The notes below the pieces were generated by a model, which was given only the letters and a program-made list of their open reading frames with translations, did not search any database and was not told where the DNA came from. A DNA stretch of 64,000 bases, taken from Nageia nagi (lineage: Eukaryota > Plantae > Pinophyta). This document shows, one piece after another, positions 14,567-26,849 of this stretch. Both the position numbers and the translations under genes were made by a program. The stretch lies in the NCBI GenBank assembly GCA_050084985.1, contig JBITNC010000001.1, positions 211,854,001-211,918,000 on the forward strand, read 5' to 3'. The first letter of the stretch is position 1; each line of letters begins with the position of its first letter.

Positions 14567-17317
14567 GAATTAAACTCCCTCAAAACCATGCCCAAAAAAA
14601 CCACTAATCTCCTGCTAATTCACGTACACTGGTTAACTTTGATAAGTAATTGATTGGTAAAATTATAGTGCGGCTAGTTTTGTCTTAGTTAAACACATTG
14701 AAAAATAAATCATATCAAAAGGTGATTACAATAATCAAGTTCATTTTACATTAATGAGATAAATTGGATAATGATATTTTAGTATAAGGTAAAATAAGAA
14801 AGTTCTTAAAGTTTAAGGCAATTTATATAAGGAAGTATTAAATACTTGTATTAGGTAGTAAAAGAATTTTTTTTTTATTAAAGAGAAGTTAATATGATTT
14901 TTGTTTGTGAAAGTGTATTGATTAAATCTTAAAATTTTAACCAAGATCGAGGAAGGGAGGTGATCCTTTAGAGGACATAAATCATCTTGAGGTCCGTAAA
15001 AAAAAGAGTTTTAAATAAATAAAAATATTTTGGAAAGATTCATTTGCATCATGGTCAAGTATGAAAATGGGGTTTTTCTCATGATCAAAATCCTAACCTT
15101 ATTAGTACTTGAACCTATCACCTTTGATTCATGGAAGAAGCTTGAAATATGAAGATAAGGAACTCTACATCAAGAGGACATCAAATTATTGAATAATTCT
15201 AAATGAAGATTTGAAATATAAATTATGTCTTTACTCATGTAAAACTTGTAAGGGACCCTCTTGTAAATGATAAGGGTTGTCCTTAATTAATGTATTTAAT
15301 ACATTCATGTAATCAATTAATGGAATACAATTTTGATATAACTTCTTAGAAATATTTAAAGTTCATTTAGTGGATATATGATATACTTTATTCTTTTGAA
15401 GTATTTTAAATATTAGTATAGGAACTATAGTCCCAAATGAAGACATGAGGTAATACAAGAATATGAATAAAAAAGAAGTGAATTAAATTTTGATTATTGT
15501 TAAGTCAACCTTTCTTAAATAAATATTAAGGGATGAGTTTAGTACTTTATAAATTTAATAATCTTATATCTTATAAGGATTGATAAATTTCAATATATTT
15601 TGAAGAAGGAATTTAAATAAAGAGAAAAAGGATTCTTAAAACAAGGGAAACTCTTTAAATTATAGTTAAAGTAAAGTTAAAGTAAACCCTAAGGATTAAT
15701 TATTCCTTGATCGTTGTAAAATAATATATATAGGAGCTTAGAAGAGTAATTACATATAGTAGCAAATCCATTGATGAATAAGTAAAACTTAACAAGGTAA
15801 CCCTAATGGAAACATACCCTAACTCAATGAAATGAATGTGTTTATTTTACACCCTAACAATAAGTTGAAAATAATTGAGATGGTTTTAGATATGCTTACA
15901 TATTAAAAAGGATTAAAATTGGATAAAATGGAATTAGTATAATATCAATAAGAGGAGATTACTTACGGTTATTTTCCAATAACAAAGAGAAAAGACTTAG
16001 GCATCGGTTCGAATTGATAAAACTAATATTCGAATAAATTAAAGAAATGAGTTCGATGGTATACCCTATTATGGCTCTACATAAAGGATAATTATATCAA
16101 CAAAGTATGAAGTTCAAATTAAATAATGGCTTACGTTACACCCTAGTATGATAATATCAACTCACAAGGGTAAATTTTGGATGGATTTGGTAATGAAGAA
16201 AAATGACATAGAACATTCATTATTTGAACTTCCCTTGCTAAATGAGATTCTAAAATAATATTCCTTGAGTATGGACCACTTCATGCCACACTTCCTTTAT
16301 AGCATTAGCTGACTTTAGTTTCATTTCAAGGTAGATTACTAAATACTAATATGAGGATTTTTATAAAGTAGTATTCATTAAGCAATACCATGAGTATGGG
16401 ATATTTATAGTACTTCCAAATATCTTGTGTGACTTCTTAAATAATTTATTTTGAATCTTCCTACATATGCTTTGCTTATTGATTTTAAATAGAGTATGAG
16501 TTGATTTAATACCTCATATATAGTATGAACATGGTACTTAGATTCCTAATAATTGATTTAGGATTAGTTATCATAAGATCATTTAGGGTTTTGGTGGGTT
16601 TTATTATATAACCTTGCTTAAAATTCATTAGACTATATAAACCAATTGAAGGTATTATTTTGATACCCATGGCTCCCTAAGATATGGGTATGGGGATGTC
16701 AGATTCCATGGTGAGCTTAACTGATAGATATGGGTAGGCTAGTGTCTCATATCATCAATGAGGTATCATATGATGATAGTAGTTGATAAAACTATGATTA
16801 CTAGGTTAAGGTATCTTAGTATTCATACTACTTGTATTTAAGCACATAGGAGTATGATGAATGTTCTATAAGCAATGATGTTTCCATTCATAAGAAATTT
16901 TTCCTAGGATAAACTATTTTCTCTTATAGGTCAAAGGGTTATCATCAGGTGACAATGTGAAACCTAATGGATGTATGTTCTCTTGGGTGATTTGGGTCCT
17001 GAGTAGAAAACCATTATGCCATGTCCAAAATGTTTGCTGCATAATTCATGAAGTGGAAATGATGGGGTCACATTTAAGGTGTATCCTCAATAGGATGAGC
17101 ATTATGGAGTGAACACCAAAAGAGATTTAATCATTGGATAATCTAAACTTTATCTAATCTTTCCATATGGGTGCTGACTAGCTAGCAATATTGAAAAGCT
17201 CATGCAGATTGCCTAAATCAATTCCTAGATCATTCAAGTGTTTAAACTAATAAAAAAAACTAGGTTTAAAATTTTACGATTTTGTATGTATAGAATAAGA
17301 TAATTTTTTACAAAGCT

Positions 17318-18169
17318 AAATATCATTTTCTAGAAGCTAGACTAGAAAGCATAAGTAAAATGCATGCAATGATCATAAGATCTAAGAAAATAGTATAAGT
17401 GTATGATAAAATATTTAAAGCAACTCAAAGGAGACTGCAAGAACTAATGATAGAGAAATAGAAATTTGAATGGTTCATTTCTATACTACAACCATAATTC
17501 AAAAGAGCCATAGAAAATATATATCCAATATATATTGAAGCTTTACAAGTGGTGGTAAAAATTAAATCTCAACTATGGAAAGTAAACATAGTTAATGCTG
17601 AATTGTGAAGTTAACTAATGAAATTGATGGAACAAATCAACAAGCTATCAATGCAAGGGAATTCTATAATGCCTCTGCAATGTAGAGAAATTTGGTGTCA
17701 ACTTTATACCAAAGGACATATGGTCAACGAGTGTCCAACATTTAGAAAATTCAATCAAGAATATTTTCAACACTATCAAATATCAAGAGTTCATAATATC
17801 AAATATTTCCTAGTGATTAATGGATCCCAGAACCATTGGACTCACCAATGTCTAGGTAAGGATTTCTTATATGAATTTGAGGAAGATTTATGAAGGAACC
17901 CATGGGTATTTGTAGCATAGAAATATTAAGAACCCAAATTATAATTAATCAAATAAACTCCAAAACTATTCATTGATAAGTTAGGAATCACATATATTCC
18001 CTTCTTCACCTTTCCTTAATAGCAACAACCATGAGAAGAATATAATGCACCTAATGATCATTACAATAACCAAGGAGGTAAATGTGGTAAAGGTAATGGA
18101 TATTGAGGAGGATATTAGGGTGGTAGAGGAGTTCACCAACCCTAATGTTTTAACTATGGGTATCTTAAT
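17318..18169 (+). pseudogene. gag: gag middle/C-terminal part of the 22-kb element, with several zinc knuckles
   Basis: 'YDKIFK...EWFISILQP', 'WCQLYTKGHMVNECP', 'VINGSQNHWTHQC', a GGRG stretch, then 'CFNYGYLN' cut at ~18170 and resuming as 'HSCVIY' at ~21939. Confidence 0.85.
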
Positions 18170-18956
18170 AAAAAGGATTCAAAATATGTATGTGCACATG
18201 CTTATTAAAAAAACCTTATTTTTAAAAATTACTGCCTCCCCTTTTAATTTATTAAAGCCCTCATGGTAAACTGCTTTCGAAATTCTAAGTATTTGAAACA
18301 AATGGTATTGAAGATCCTCTATTTGTACTTGATGAAGGATATACTTCTTCATGCTCTTCCTATACACTCTTCACTTGTTACTTTATTATATTCTAATTTA
18401 TCTTCATTTCCAATCTCTCATTACTCAATCTTCATTGAATTACGTTAGAATAATTACAATAACAAGCTTTATCCTTATATTAATTTTTTTTTTTTAATAC
18501 ACTACCTTTATTAATGATTAAAAACTTTAAACAATGAAAACAACAAAAATATATTCATAATAAAAAAAATCATCAACATGCTTTTGAGATACAAATAAAG
18601 ATAATTTGTATTACAAAATACATTATAACAACATAATACAAAATATTCTTAAGCTATGGTAAGAATAGGACTTTATTATATTATGAAAAAATACTAAATA
18701 TTTTAATAAACTCAATAATCATATCCAATACATCCATTTTTTATATAACTACACCAATAAAAAACCCTCTTTCAACATAATCAAAAATTCTTTATTACTC
18801 TATAATCAAACCAAAAATTAAACATATCACAACATTCTACTCTTAAAATACTCTCAATTCACACTAACTCTTTTATGTATTCAAATTATACATATTAGTT
18901 TTCTATGCATATCATAAAGCATATTTATTTATAAAATAAATGTAATATATAAAAAC

Positions 18957-18958
<2 letters not shown>

Positions 18959-19017
<59 letters not shown>
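18959..19017. repeat. (TA)n microsatellite
   Basis: About 29 perfect units. Confidence 0.99.
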
Positions 19018-19021
<4 letters not shown>

Positions 19022-19171
19022 TTCCTTTATTTAAATTTTTTTTCCTACTTTTTAATATACAACAATAATTATTATCATTATCATAAGTAAACTATGAAAA
19101 TCACCTAACACCAATTAACCAAATAAACATCCATCTCATCTCAATATCCATCATATTCATAAATACTCACA

Positions 19172-19320
19172 TAGACATCTTAAAGATATATATTTAAAAA
19201 CACCTAGAGGTATCAATCTCAAGGTGCCTATCTCCTTTTCTTGAAAGAGTGATTTCCAAGATATATGCCTTGAAATTGATATATCTCAATATTTTTAGAT
19301 ATGTATTTTAAAGATATCTA
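19172..19320. repeat. ~150-bp foldback (MITE-like inverted repeat)
   Basis: The left arm 'tagacatcttaaagatatatatttaaaaacacctagaggtatcaatctcaaggtgcctatct' aligns without gaps to the reverse complement of 19259-19320; ~25-nt loop. Confidence 0.8.
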
Positions 19321-20111
19321 ACATAATATATTTTTAACTATGCATTAAAGTCAAAAGAAAAAATCCAAAACTTAATTCAAATATAGATCATAATTTAATA
19401 GTAAAAAATGATAAAATTATTTTATTTATTGCTTATATAAATACTTAAATTATTTTTCCATGATATTTTATTCTTCATTTGAATAAGTTTTAGTTATAAC
19501 TCAAATTTACTTTTGCTATGACATATTATTTAAAAAATATATAAATTTAATTTCTTATAATAAATTTATCTTAAGAAAATACTATCACATATATACAATA
19601 AAAATAATTAATGGAATATTTTATAATAATATAATGTCTTAATAAAAAAAATGTTGAATTTATTATGCATTCGATATTTAATATTCTTTATTCTTTTAAA
19701 TTCTTTCACATGGATCTCTTGTTCATTTGATAATCATACTACACTTATGGAAATAGATACAAATGAAATACTTAGAAAGTGTCAAAGCCAATCACCAAGC
19801 TAAGGAAGGGAGTGTTAATTTTATTGTTGCATAACATAGTTTGATAATTGAATCCTTAGCATAAGTGAAAATTATTTTAGATTTTGTGTATTAGGGATTA
19901 TTCATAAGCTGAAGAACATCCATGAGCTTCTTTGCTAGTTGTCCTCTATGGTTTATTATTTCCATTTCCCCTACCTTTTAGAAAGATAAAAATTTATTAC
20001 GCGGTAAGAGAAAAATATATTAGATAGTTTCCAACAAATATAGGGGATAATTCAACCAAAATAACCATAAGATCCTTTGAAGAAAGGTGATTCAAATAGT
20101 GCTTGGTCTGA

Positions 20112-20213
20112 ATCTTCAGTAGTGGGTGAACTCTTTCTCACATCTTTTGTTACGAGATGCTTTCATGGAGATTTTCCTCTTGTTGATTCCTTTGCAGTCT
20201 TCATGCGATCCAT
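20112..20213 (-). pseudogene. Histone H3 N-terminal tail-coding segment (H3.3-like T31), no histone fold
   Basis: Translates as MDRMK-TAKESTRGKSP*KHLVTKDVRKSSPTTED against H3 [35 protein letters not shown]: 20 identities over H3 M0-T32. Every substitution is reachable by one base change, and the Q5 codon is deleted. Confidence 0.9.
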
Positions 20214-22469
20214 TTTCTCTTATTAATGTTATCAACTCTAATCAATAAGTGATATAGTGGATTGGAATTTGTTGAGTTGTGTGTTTAGTAATCTATTTCC
20301 CTTTCTTTGTATTCAAACAACAGACATACCTTATGCGGGATGATGTCTCCATCGTTGAATTGATTTTCTACCTTTTTAATCAATAGTTCATAGTACTTTC
20401 TTTCTTTCTATCCAGATCAGGGCTAATGTTGAAGGTTTTAGCTAGTTCATTCCACTTTTATTCAATTATGTAAAAAAAAAATCAAAATTTATAATTATGA
20501 GGTTTAATTATATACATTTAGAGAACAATTTGGCTAATTACTACAATTTAGAAATAATAATTGTAAATTTAAAAGAAGAAAGGAGATAAATAATAAGTAG
20601 TATATATTATAAAAAAATGGAGGTAGATAGACATTCTGCAATGATAGATAAATTAAAAAAATGGGGGGAGATCGTAAATTTTTAAAAAAATTGAGGTAGA
20701 GAGATATTTTAATTTTTTAAACCCCTTCAATAATGTAATTTTTAGGTGTAAATTGTAGGTAAGGTTAGATCTAAGGCTCTAACATTAATTTAATATTAAG
20801 TAATTTAATTTAATAAAAAGATGAATTAATTAATTAATTTAATATGTTAAAATGAATTCAATAATAAAATAATAGAATAATATTTTAGCTATTTCAAAAT
20901 AATAAAAGTGAAAAGCAATAGAAGAATAATATCTTCATATAGGGGGTAGTTTGGGTATGGCAACTATATAAAATACCATCTAATTACCCTTGTTTTACCC
21001 CCTCCTAAAAACCCCTTCCCTGCTAGTTACCTCCCCTCCCCCTCCCAAGTAAACCCCCCTTCGGGTAAAAACCCTATTATCGCATAAAATTTATTTATGC
21101 ATTTAAATAAATACATTTGCTTGCACTAATACTAATGCTTATCTTGAATATGATCATAATGTCAATATTTATTTGGAATATGGTTATGATATCAATGGTT
21201 GTCTTAAATATCATTATCTATTATGGGCTAACCTTATTTATGTAGGTACATGCTGACCTAAGGAGTAGATCATATTATTATCTATATAAATAAGGATCTA
21301 ATAGTAAGTCCACATTAAGGAGATACATGATTCCATATCTGGTCTTGGTGGTGGTAATCCTTTAGGTGTCTCTTGACATCACCATTCAAGGTTATGGTTT
21401 ATGTACTTCCTTACATGAGTTGTTCTAATGCTAATGATATATATTGACATCACATCTCTATTCAAAACATCCATATGTGAGTACTTGACTCGATTTGAGA
21501 ACAAAAGGTACTTTGATAAATACCATTAGTACTCCTTATTCATGCTAAATACACTATCAATGTTCCTTCTAAACACCATATAGACTGCTTGTAGTCCTAT
21601 TTTTGCAATATTTTAGGTCACAACTTCTAGAGTAGGATTCTTTTACCATCAATGCATCAAATATATCATCATTCTTCGATGTTAGGTATGCTTTGTAAGG
21701 TAAGTAAATAAATTATAGTTCTTAATTGGTATTGTCATCCTAATTCTAGAGTGGCTATCTTCTTCATTTATTTTTTTGTGTGGTCTAAATTGTTATCCAT
21801 AGCTCAAAATAAGTATCTTGGGTTTGTAATTATTTATTTATTTGCATCCTTAAAATATTTGTAAATAAACCCCTCTCCCCTCCCCTTATAAAATACATAT
21901 TGATACTTTAATTTGATATTAAAAATACCCCTTGGTATCACTCATGTGTTATTTACCATTTCCTACTAATAGACCTCCTTATGATTAATAATAAAAATGC
22001 AAAAGTCACCCAATAAGTATCATTTGGTTCTAATTCTAAAGCTTATCTAACTAAAACAAACCTTACAAATAACCTAATATAGTCAACCCTAATTTTAAGA
22101 GGATAAATCGCTTTGGATATACCATCTACATGTATAACAACTCAATCATGAATAAAGAAAATAGGTTTCACCAAACTAGTAGTACAATATATTATACCAG
22201 AACCAAAATATCCAAATCTAGAAAAATATTATGATATTATTCATATAACCTAGTAAATTATTCAAATATTACAAAAGTAAGGTTATTAGATAACTTAAAC
22301 ATAAAATTTTTTACAATAACTAATAGAATAAGAAAATGCCCTATTAAAAAGGTTCAATAAACTTATCAAGCAAGAAGATCTACTAACCAAATTGACATAA
22401 CTATCTAGTATATTAGATTAAGAAACACATTGAGTATGTAAAGCATTGAAAAGCTAGAAAAAGAAATTC

Positions 22470-22800
22470 ATATTGATCAAATTTGTAATGAATGGTAAAC
22501 TTGTAAAGAACATTATGTTAGATTTAGGAGATAATATAAATCTCCTACCTATTGGAACATGAAAATAATTAGGATTTCCTCCCTTAGAACCAACATAATA
22601 CAAATTTTTACAAGTAGATGTCTCTTTAGTTTGATCTTTAGGACTATTACAATACATTTTAGTTTTCTTTATAGGAATCACCTCATTAGTTTCATTTGAC
22701 ATGATAGATATGGCCAATATCAAAAATTTTAAATACAAAACCTTACTAGATCTAGAATGCTTAATAGATAATAATGGGATTATAAAACCAAAGAGTTAGT
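22470..22800 (+). pseudogene. Aspartic protease of the 22-kb element
   Basis: 'KFVMNGKLVKNIMLDLGDNINLLP' (Athila-type LDLG active-site motif) at ~22516. Confidence 0.8.
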
Positions 22801-23130
22801 CCTTTCTAATGATGAGTACAAAGTACATATTCCACTAAATAAAGGCATGAGTAGGTTATACATTGAAGTAACAAACCAAAGCAAAAATAATGGAAGCAAT
22901 GATGGAAGTGATTCAATCGGTTTAAATTACATATATGCTTTAACTACAAGAAAAGAATCAAACAAAATTTTGTATTACATTGATCCCATAGATGATGGTA
23001 AAATAAATTTTCATAATGGTTCTTCAGATACCAACTTTGATACTATCATGATGATCTAGAATGCAAGAAATCACAAATTACATTAGGACATACAATATGC
23101 CACATATCAAAATAAGCATGTTAGGAGTAA

Positions 23131-23577
23131 CTACCAAAATTCGATGACACCATGGAAATAATTCCTCTCCATGAAGGTTTAGAAGCCATCATCAAAACCT
23201 TATCTAACAAAGAATATATAATTAATACACTTGAAGATACCCTTATCAAAATATCCACAAGATGGTGGGGAACACATTAGCCATACCTAACATCATGGGA
23301 TAAGGTAATGTATCATATATCATTACATTTTATCACTTCACATGCAATCACAAATGTTATCGATAAATATTTAGGCAATATAGATCCTATAATGCACATC
23401 ACACTCTACAAATCAATTTAGAATTATTTAACTAATCTATAGCTTAAAACTTGGGTACATATATATCATTAGATATTAAGAATTGTATTATATGCTTGGT
23501 ACATACACTAAGAGCTTTGAATAGAAATAAGTGATTGGGATACAATGTAAGAAACATTCATATATATGTTTAAATTC
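23131..23577 (+). pseudogene. Two tandem capsid (retrotrans_gag)-like units between protease and RT
   Basis: Unit 1: 'LPKFDDT...LEDTLIKISTRWWGTH*PYLTSWDKV...HF'. Unit 2: 'KYLGNIDPIMHI...TWVH...YAWYIH*EL...DWDTM*ETFIYMF'. Confidence 0.65.
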
Positions 23578-23879
23578 CATTATGACTATATCCTAACCTA
23601 TAAATGTTTACTACAAATCAAAAACTTTCTACTCAATGAACATACTATTGCATGAGTAACCTATTCTAAAATAGACCAACTTACAATGATATCAATAACT
23701 ATACATCCCTTAATGATGATAAAAAATGGTTCTAAAATACTAAAATAAATATATACAAAGGAACAAGACAAAAAACTAGAGAACCTTCAATATGAAGTTG
23801 AGAAAAGAAAAAGAGAAGTAATCATGATAAAATAGATGAAATAAAAATATGATAAAGAATTCAAAATAATGAAATTAAA

Positions 23880-26530
23880 CATCATTAAAGATGTAGAACC
23901 TAAAATGGAAATAAGAGGAGACTATTGGATCAAAGAAGAGTTAAACAAAATTATGTACATATTGGTTGAATACCAATATTTATTCCCATGAAATATGATG
24001 GAACTATAGGGGATGAATGAAGAAATCAGAACCATGCAAATGAAATTAAAACCCAACTATATACCATGAAACCAAATACCATATCAATTGAACTCAAATT
24101 GTAAAATATAAGTAAAAGAGATATTAGATTGAATATTGGAAGTAGACATCATATCACCATTTGATAACACTGAATAGATTAGCTATATGGTAATCCAACA
24201 TCAAACGATAAGGGTTTTGAGAATTTTTATAGACTTTCAAAAGCTTAATAAAGTCTATAAACATGATCCTTTGTCCATACCTTTTATATAATAAACCTTA
24301 GAAAATGTTACTATTAATGAAGTATACTCCTTCATCAATGGTTTTTTCGAATATCACCAAGTCCAAATTGTAAAGGAAGATCACCCAAAAATAACATTCA
24401 CAATTGAGTGCAGATCATTCATGTATAATGTTATGCCATTCAAATTTAAAAATTCACTAATAGTATTTTCTTAAATCATGGTATAAGCCTTTAAAGATTT
24501 TATTCATTACTTTCTAGATGTATACCTAGACAACTGAACAGTATATGGCTTAATAAAAAACCACATCCAAGCATTAAGATAATGTTTGAATGCTTTCAAC
24601 AACTATATATATATCACTTAATTTTTTTAAAAAAAACCTCTTTTCTACACCATATAGAGTGCTACTAGGACCTGTAATTTGTGAGGAAGGATTGATTGTA
24701 TACCTAATAAAGATTATGGAACTAGTGAACATACCACCACCTAAGATAGTAAAATAAGTAAGAAGGTTTTTAGGATTGATAGCCTATTACAAACAGTTCA
24801 TTAAAAACTATGTAGATTTAGCCATCACTATTGATGACTTAACTAAGAAAAATCAACCATTCTATTGGTCATAATAATGCTAAAAATAATTTGATCTATT
24901 GAAACTCAAGTTATCTAAATCCCTAATACTAATATTCTCTAACTAGACTAAATAATTTCACATGCATGTAGATGTGAATATTCAAGAAATCATAGTTGTA
25001 TTAGCACAACCTGATGAAGGTAATATCAACCATCCAATTTACTTCATCAATTGAAAAATGGTATACATAGAGAAAAATTATATTGTCACCAAAAAAGAAG
25101 CATTATCCATGGTATACACCCTTCCAAAATTTCATCATTATTTATTAGAGATAATATTTATTTTTCATAGACCACAAGGCTCTAAGATACCTTCTCAACA
25201 AATTGGTCATACAATGAAAAATATATTGGTGGATATTCTTATTCAATAATTCACATTAAAATTCATTTTCAAACTAGGAAACTAAATTTGATCCATAATA
25301 TGTTATCAAGAATTGATAATGGTGAAACATCAAAAATTAGTGATGACTTACTAGGAGCTCACTTATTTTAAGCTAAAGTAGTCCTAGATAATCTAGAAGA
25401 AATTACAACCTTTATAATATCTAGATAATTACTTGATGGTATATATTCAAAGGAACAAAAAAAAAACTCATTCAAGTAATACCATACATCCTTATATCGG
25501 TCAAACTCTATAAAATTGATATGGATAAAGTAATTTGATGTGTAGCCCTCCCACATGAATGCAATGATATTCTTAGGGAATTACATGATGGCATAGATGT
25601 CAGTGAAGATATAACAAGTATAAAAGTATTACAATACAAACTATGGTGGCCCACCATCCACCATAATGCCCACTTTTATGTTAAAAGTTATGATATCTAT
25701 CAAAGAATTGATCGACCATTCACCCAAGATGAACTCCCACTTCAACCAGTACTATCCTTACAACCATTTGAAAAGTGGATGATTAATTTTATCAATCCTA
25801 TATCATCCCAAGCATGCAAATAAAGTGAAATATATATTATTACTAAGGTAGAATATCTTAGTCAATGGGCATTAGTATAGGTAGTTAAAGATTGTATAAC
25901 ACTAATAGTAGCCAAGTTCATATACAAAATATAATTACAAGGTTTGGATGTACAAAATAAATCATAAGCAATCAAAAGAAATATTTTATAAATCATGCTA
26001 TTAATGAGTTACTCACTAACTTTATGATTTAGTATAATTAGATATTCTCATATCACCCATAAGCAAATGAATCCCTTGAAGTGGTAAAAAAAATCTCGTG
26101 CGAACATTGATAAAAATTATATCTATTGATTAGTCAGACTGGGAAGAAAATATTACTAGTCATACTTTTGGCATACAAAATAACTTATAAAATATTAAAA
26201 ATGAAAATACCATTTGAATTAGTTTATGGAATTGAAGTAATGGTCCCTATGGAATTTTAATTCCCATCATTAAGAATCACCCTAGTAACATGACTTAATG
26301 AAAATTGGTCACTATAAGAATGACTTTCCATTTTTGACTAATTAGATGAAAATTGATGGATAGTATTATAAAACTAAATTAAATAAAAGAATTTATAGAA
26401 AGCATGATACGATAGACACATTTAAAATAAAAAATTCAAAATCAATGGCAAGTTCTTCTATATGATAGTCAGTATAAACATCATCACAAAAAATTAAGAA
26501 TTTGATGGTTTAAGCCTTACATATTTCACT
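23880..26530 (+). pseudogene. pol: pol (RT-RNase H-integrase) of the 22-kb element
   Basis: 'IDFQKLNK', 'YHQVQIVKEDHPKITF', 'YNVMPF', 'FLDVYLDN*TVYG', 'FHMHVD', 'EKNYIVTKKEALSMVY', 'LWWPTIHH', 'PFEKWMINFINP', 'YHP*AN', 'PFELVYGIEV'. No aRH. Confidence 0.92.
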
Positions 26531-26849
26531 TAAGGATGAAACATTTAAATTACATTAGGATCCTACAAAATTATTACTTGGTATTTTAATCCCACCTTAA
26601 CAAACTAGCTAATATGAGTGGGGACTACAAATCAAGATGCACATAATTAATTTCAATAGCATTGATATAATGAATATCACACCACCATTAAAATAATAAA
26701 TGGCTATGACACACCATTTCACCCACTAATATATGTATCTAACACCCTATGAGTAAACCATGATACCACCAACTCAACATATAATACCACTCACCAAATT
26801 TCAACCCTATAAAGATAACACCTCATAATAAAAAAAATCCCATCAAAGC

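Larger units (their letters stand above)
12194..17312. mobile_element. 5.1-kb solo-LTR-like insertion in gag
   Basis: TGTAA...TTACA termini and a perfect TSD AAGCT (12189-12193, 17313-17317). Host gag reads through when the insert is removed (AFEA|KYHFLEA). No gag/pol remnants seen inside. Confidence 0.88.
18170..21935. mobile_element. ~3.8-kb composite non-retroviral insertion (DNA-transposon/Pack-type element suspected)
   Basis: Splits a gag zinc knuckle. No TG..CA ends. Contains exon/intron-like blocks, a hairpin, (TA)n, C-rich tracts and retained CpGs. TIRs and TSD not resolved. Confidence 0.6.

Noticed and set aside
20066-20213. Functional histone H3 gene
   Set aside because: In-frame TGA at the R17 position, Q5 missing, and no histone-fold sequence found nearby.
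20330-20470. HMG-box or J-domain identity for the exon upstream of the H3 tail ('KWNELAKTF...', 'ERKYYELLIKK')
   Set aside because: The two pieces are in different frames and too short to support any family call.
26550-26630. Small insertion ending 'gtggggactaca' after integrase
   Set aside because: It resembles an LTR end, but no matching start or TSD could be found.
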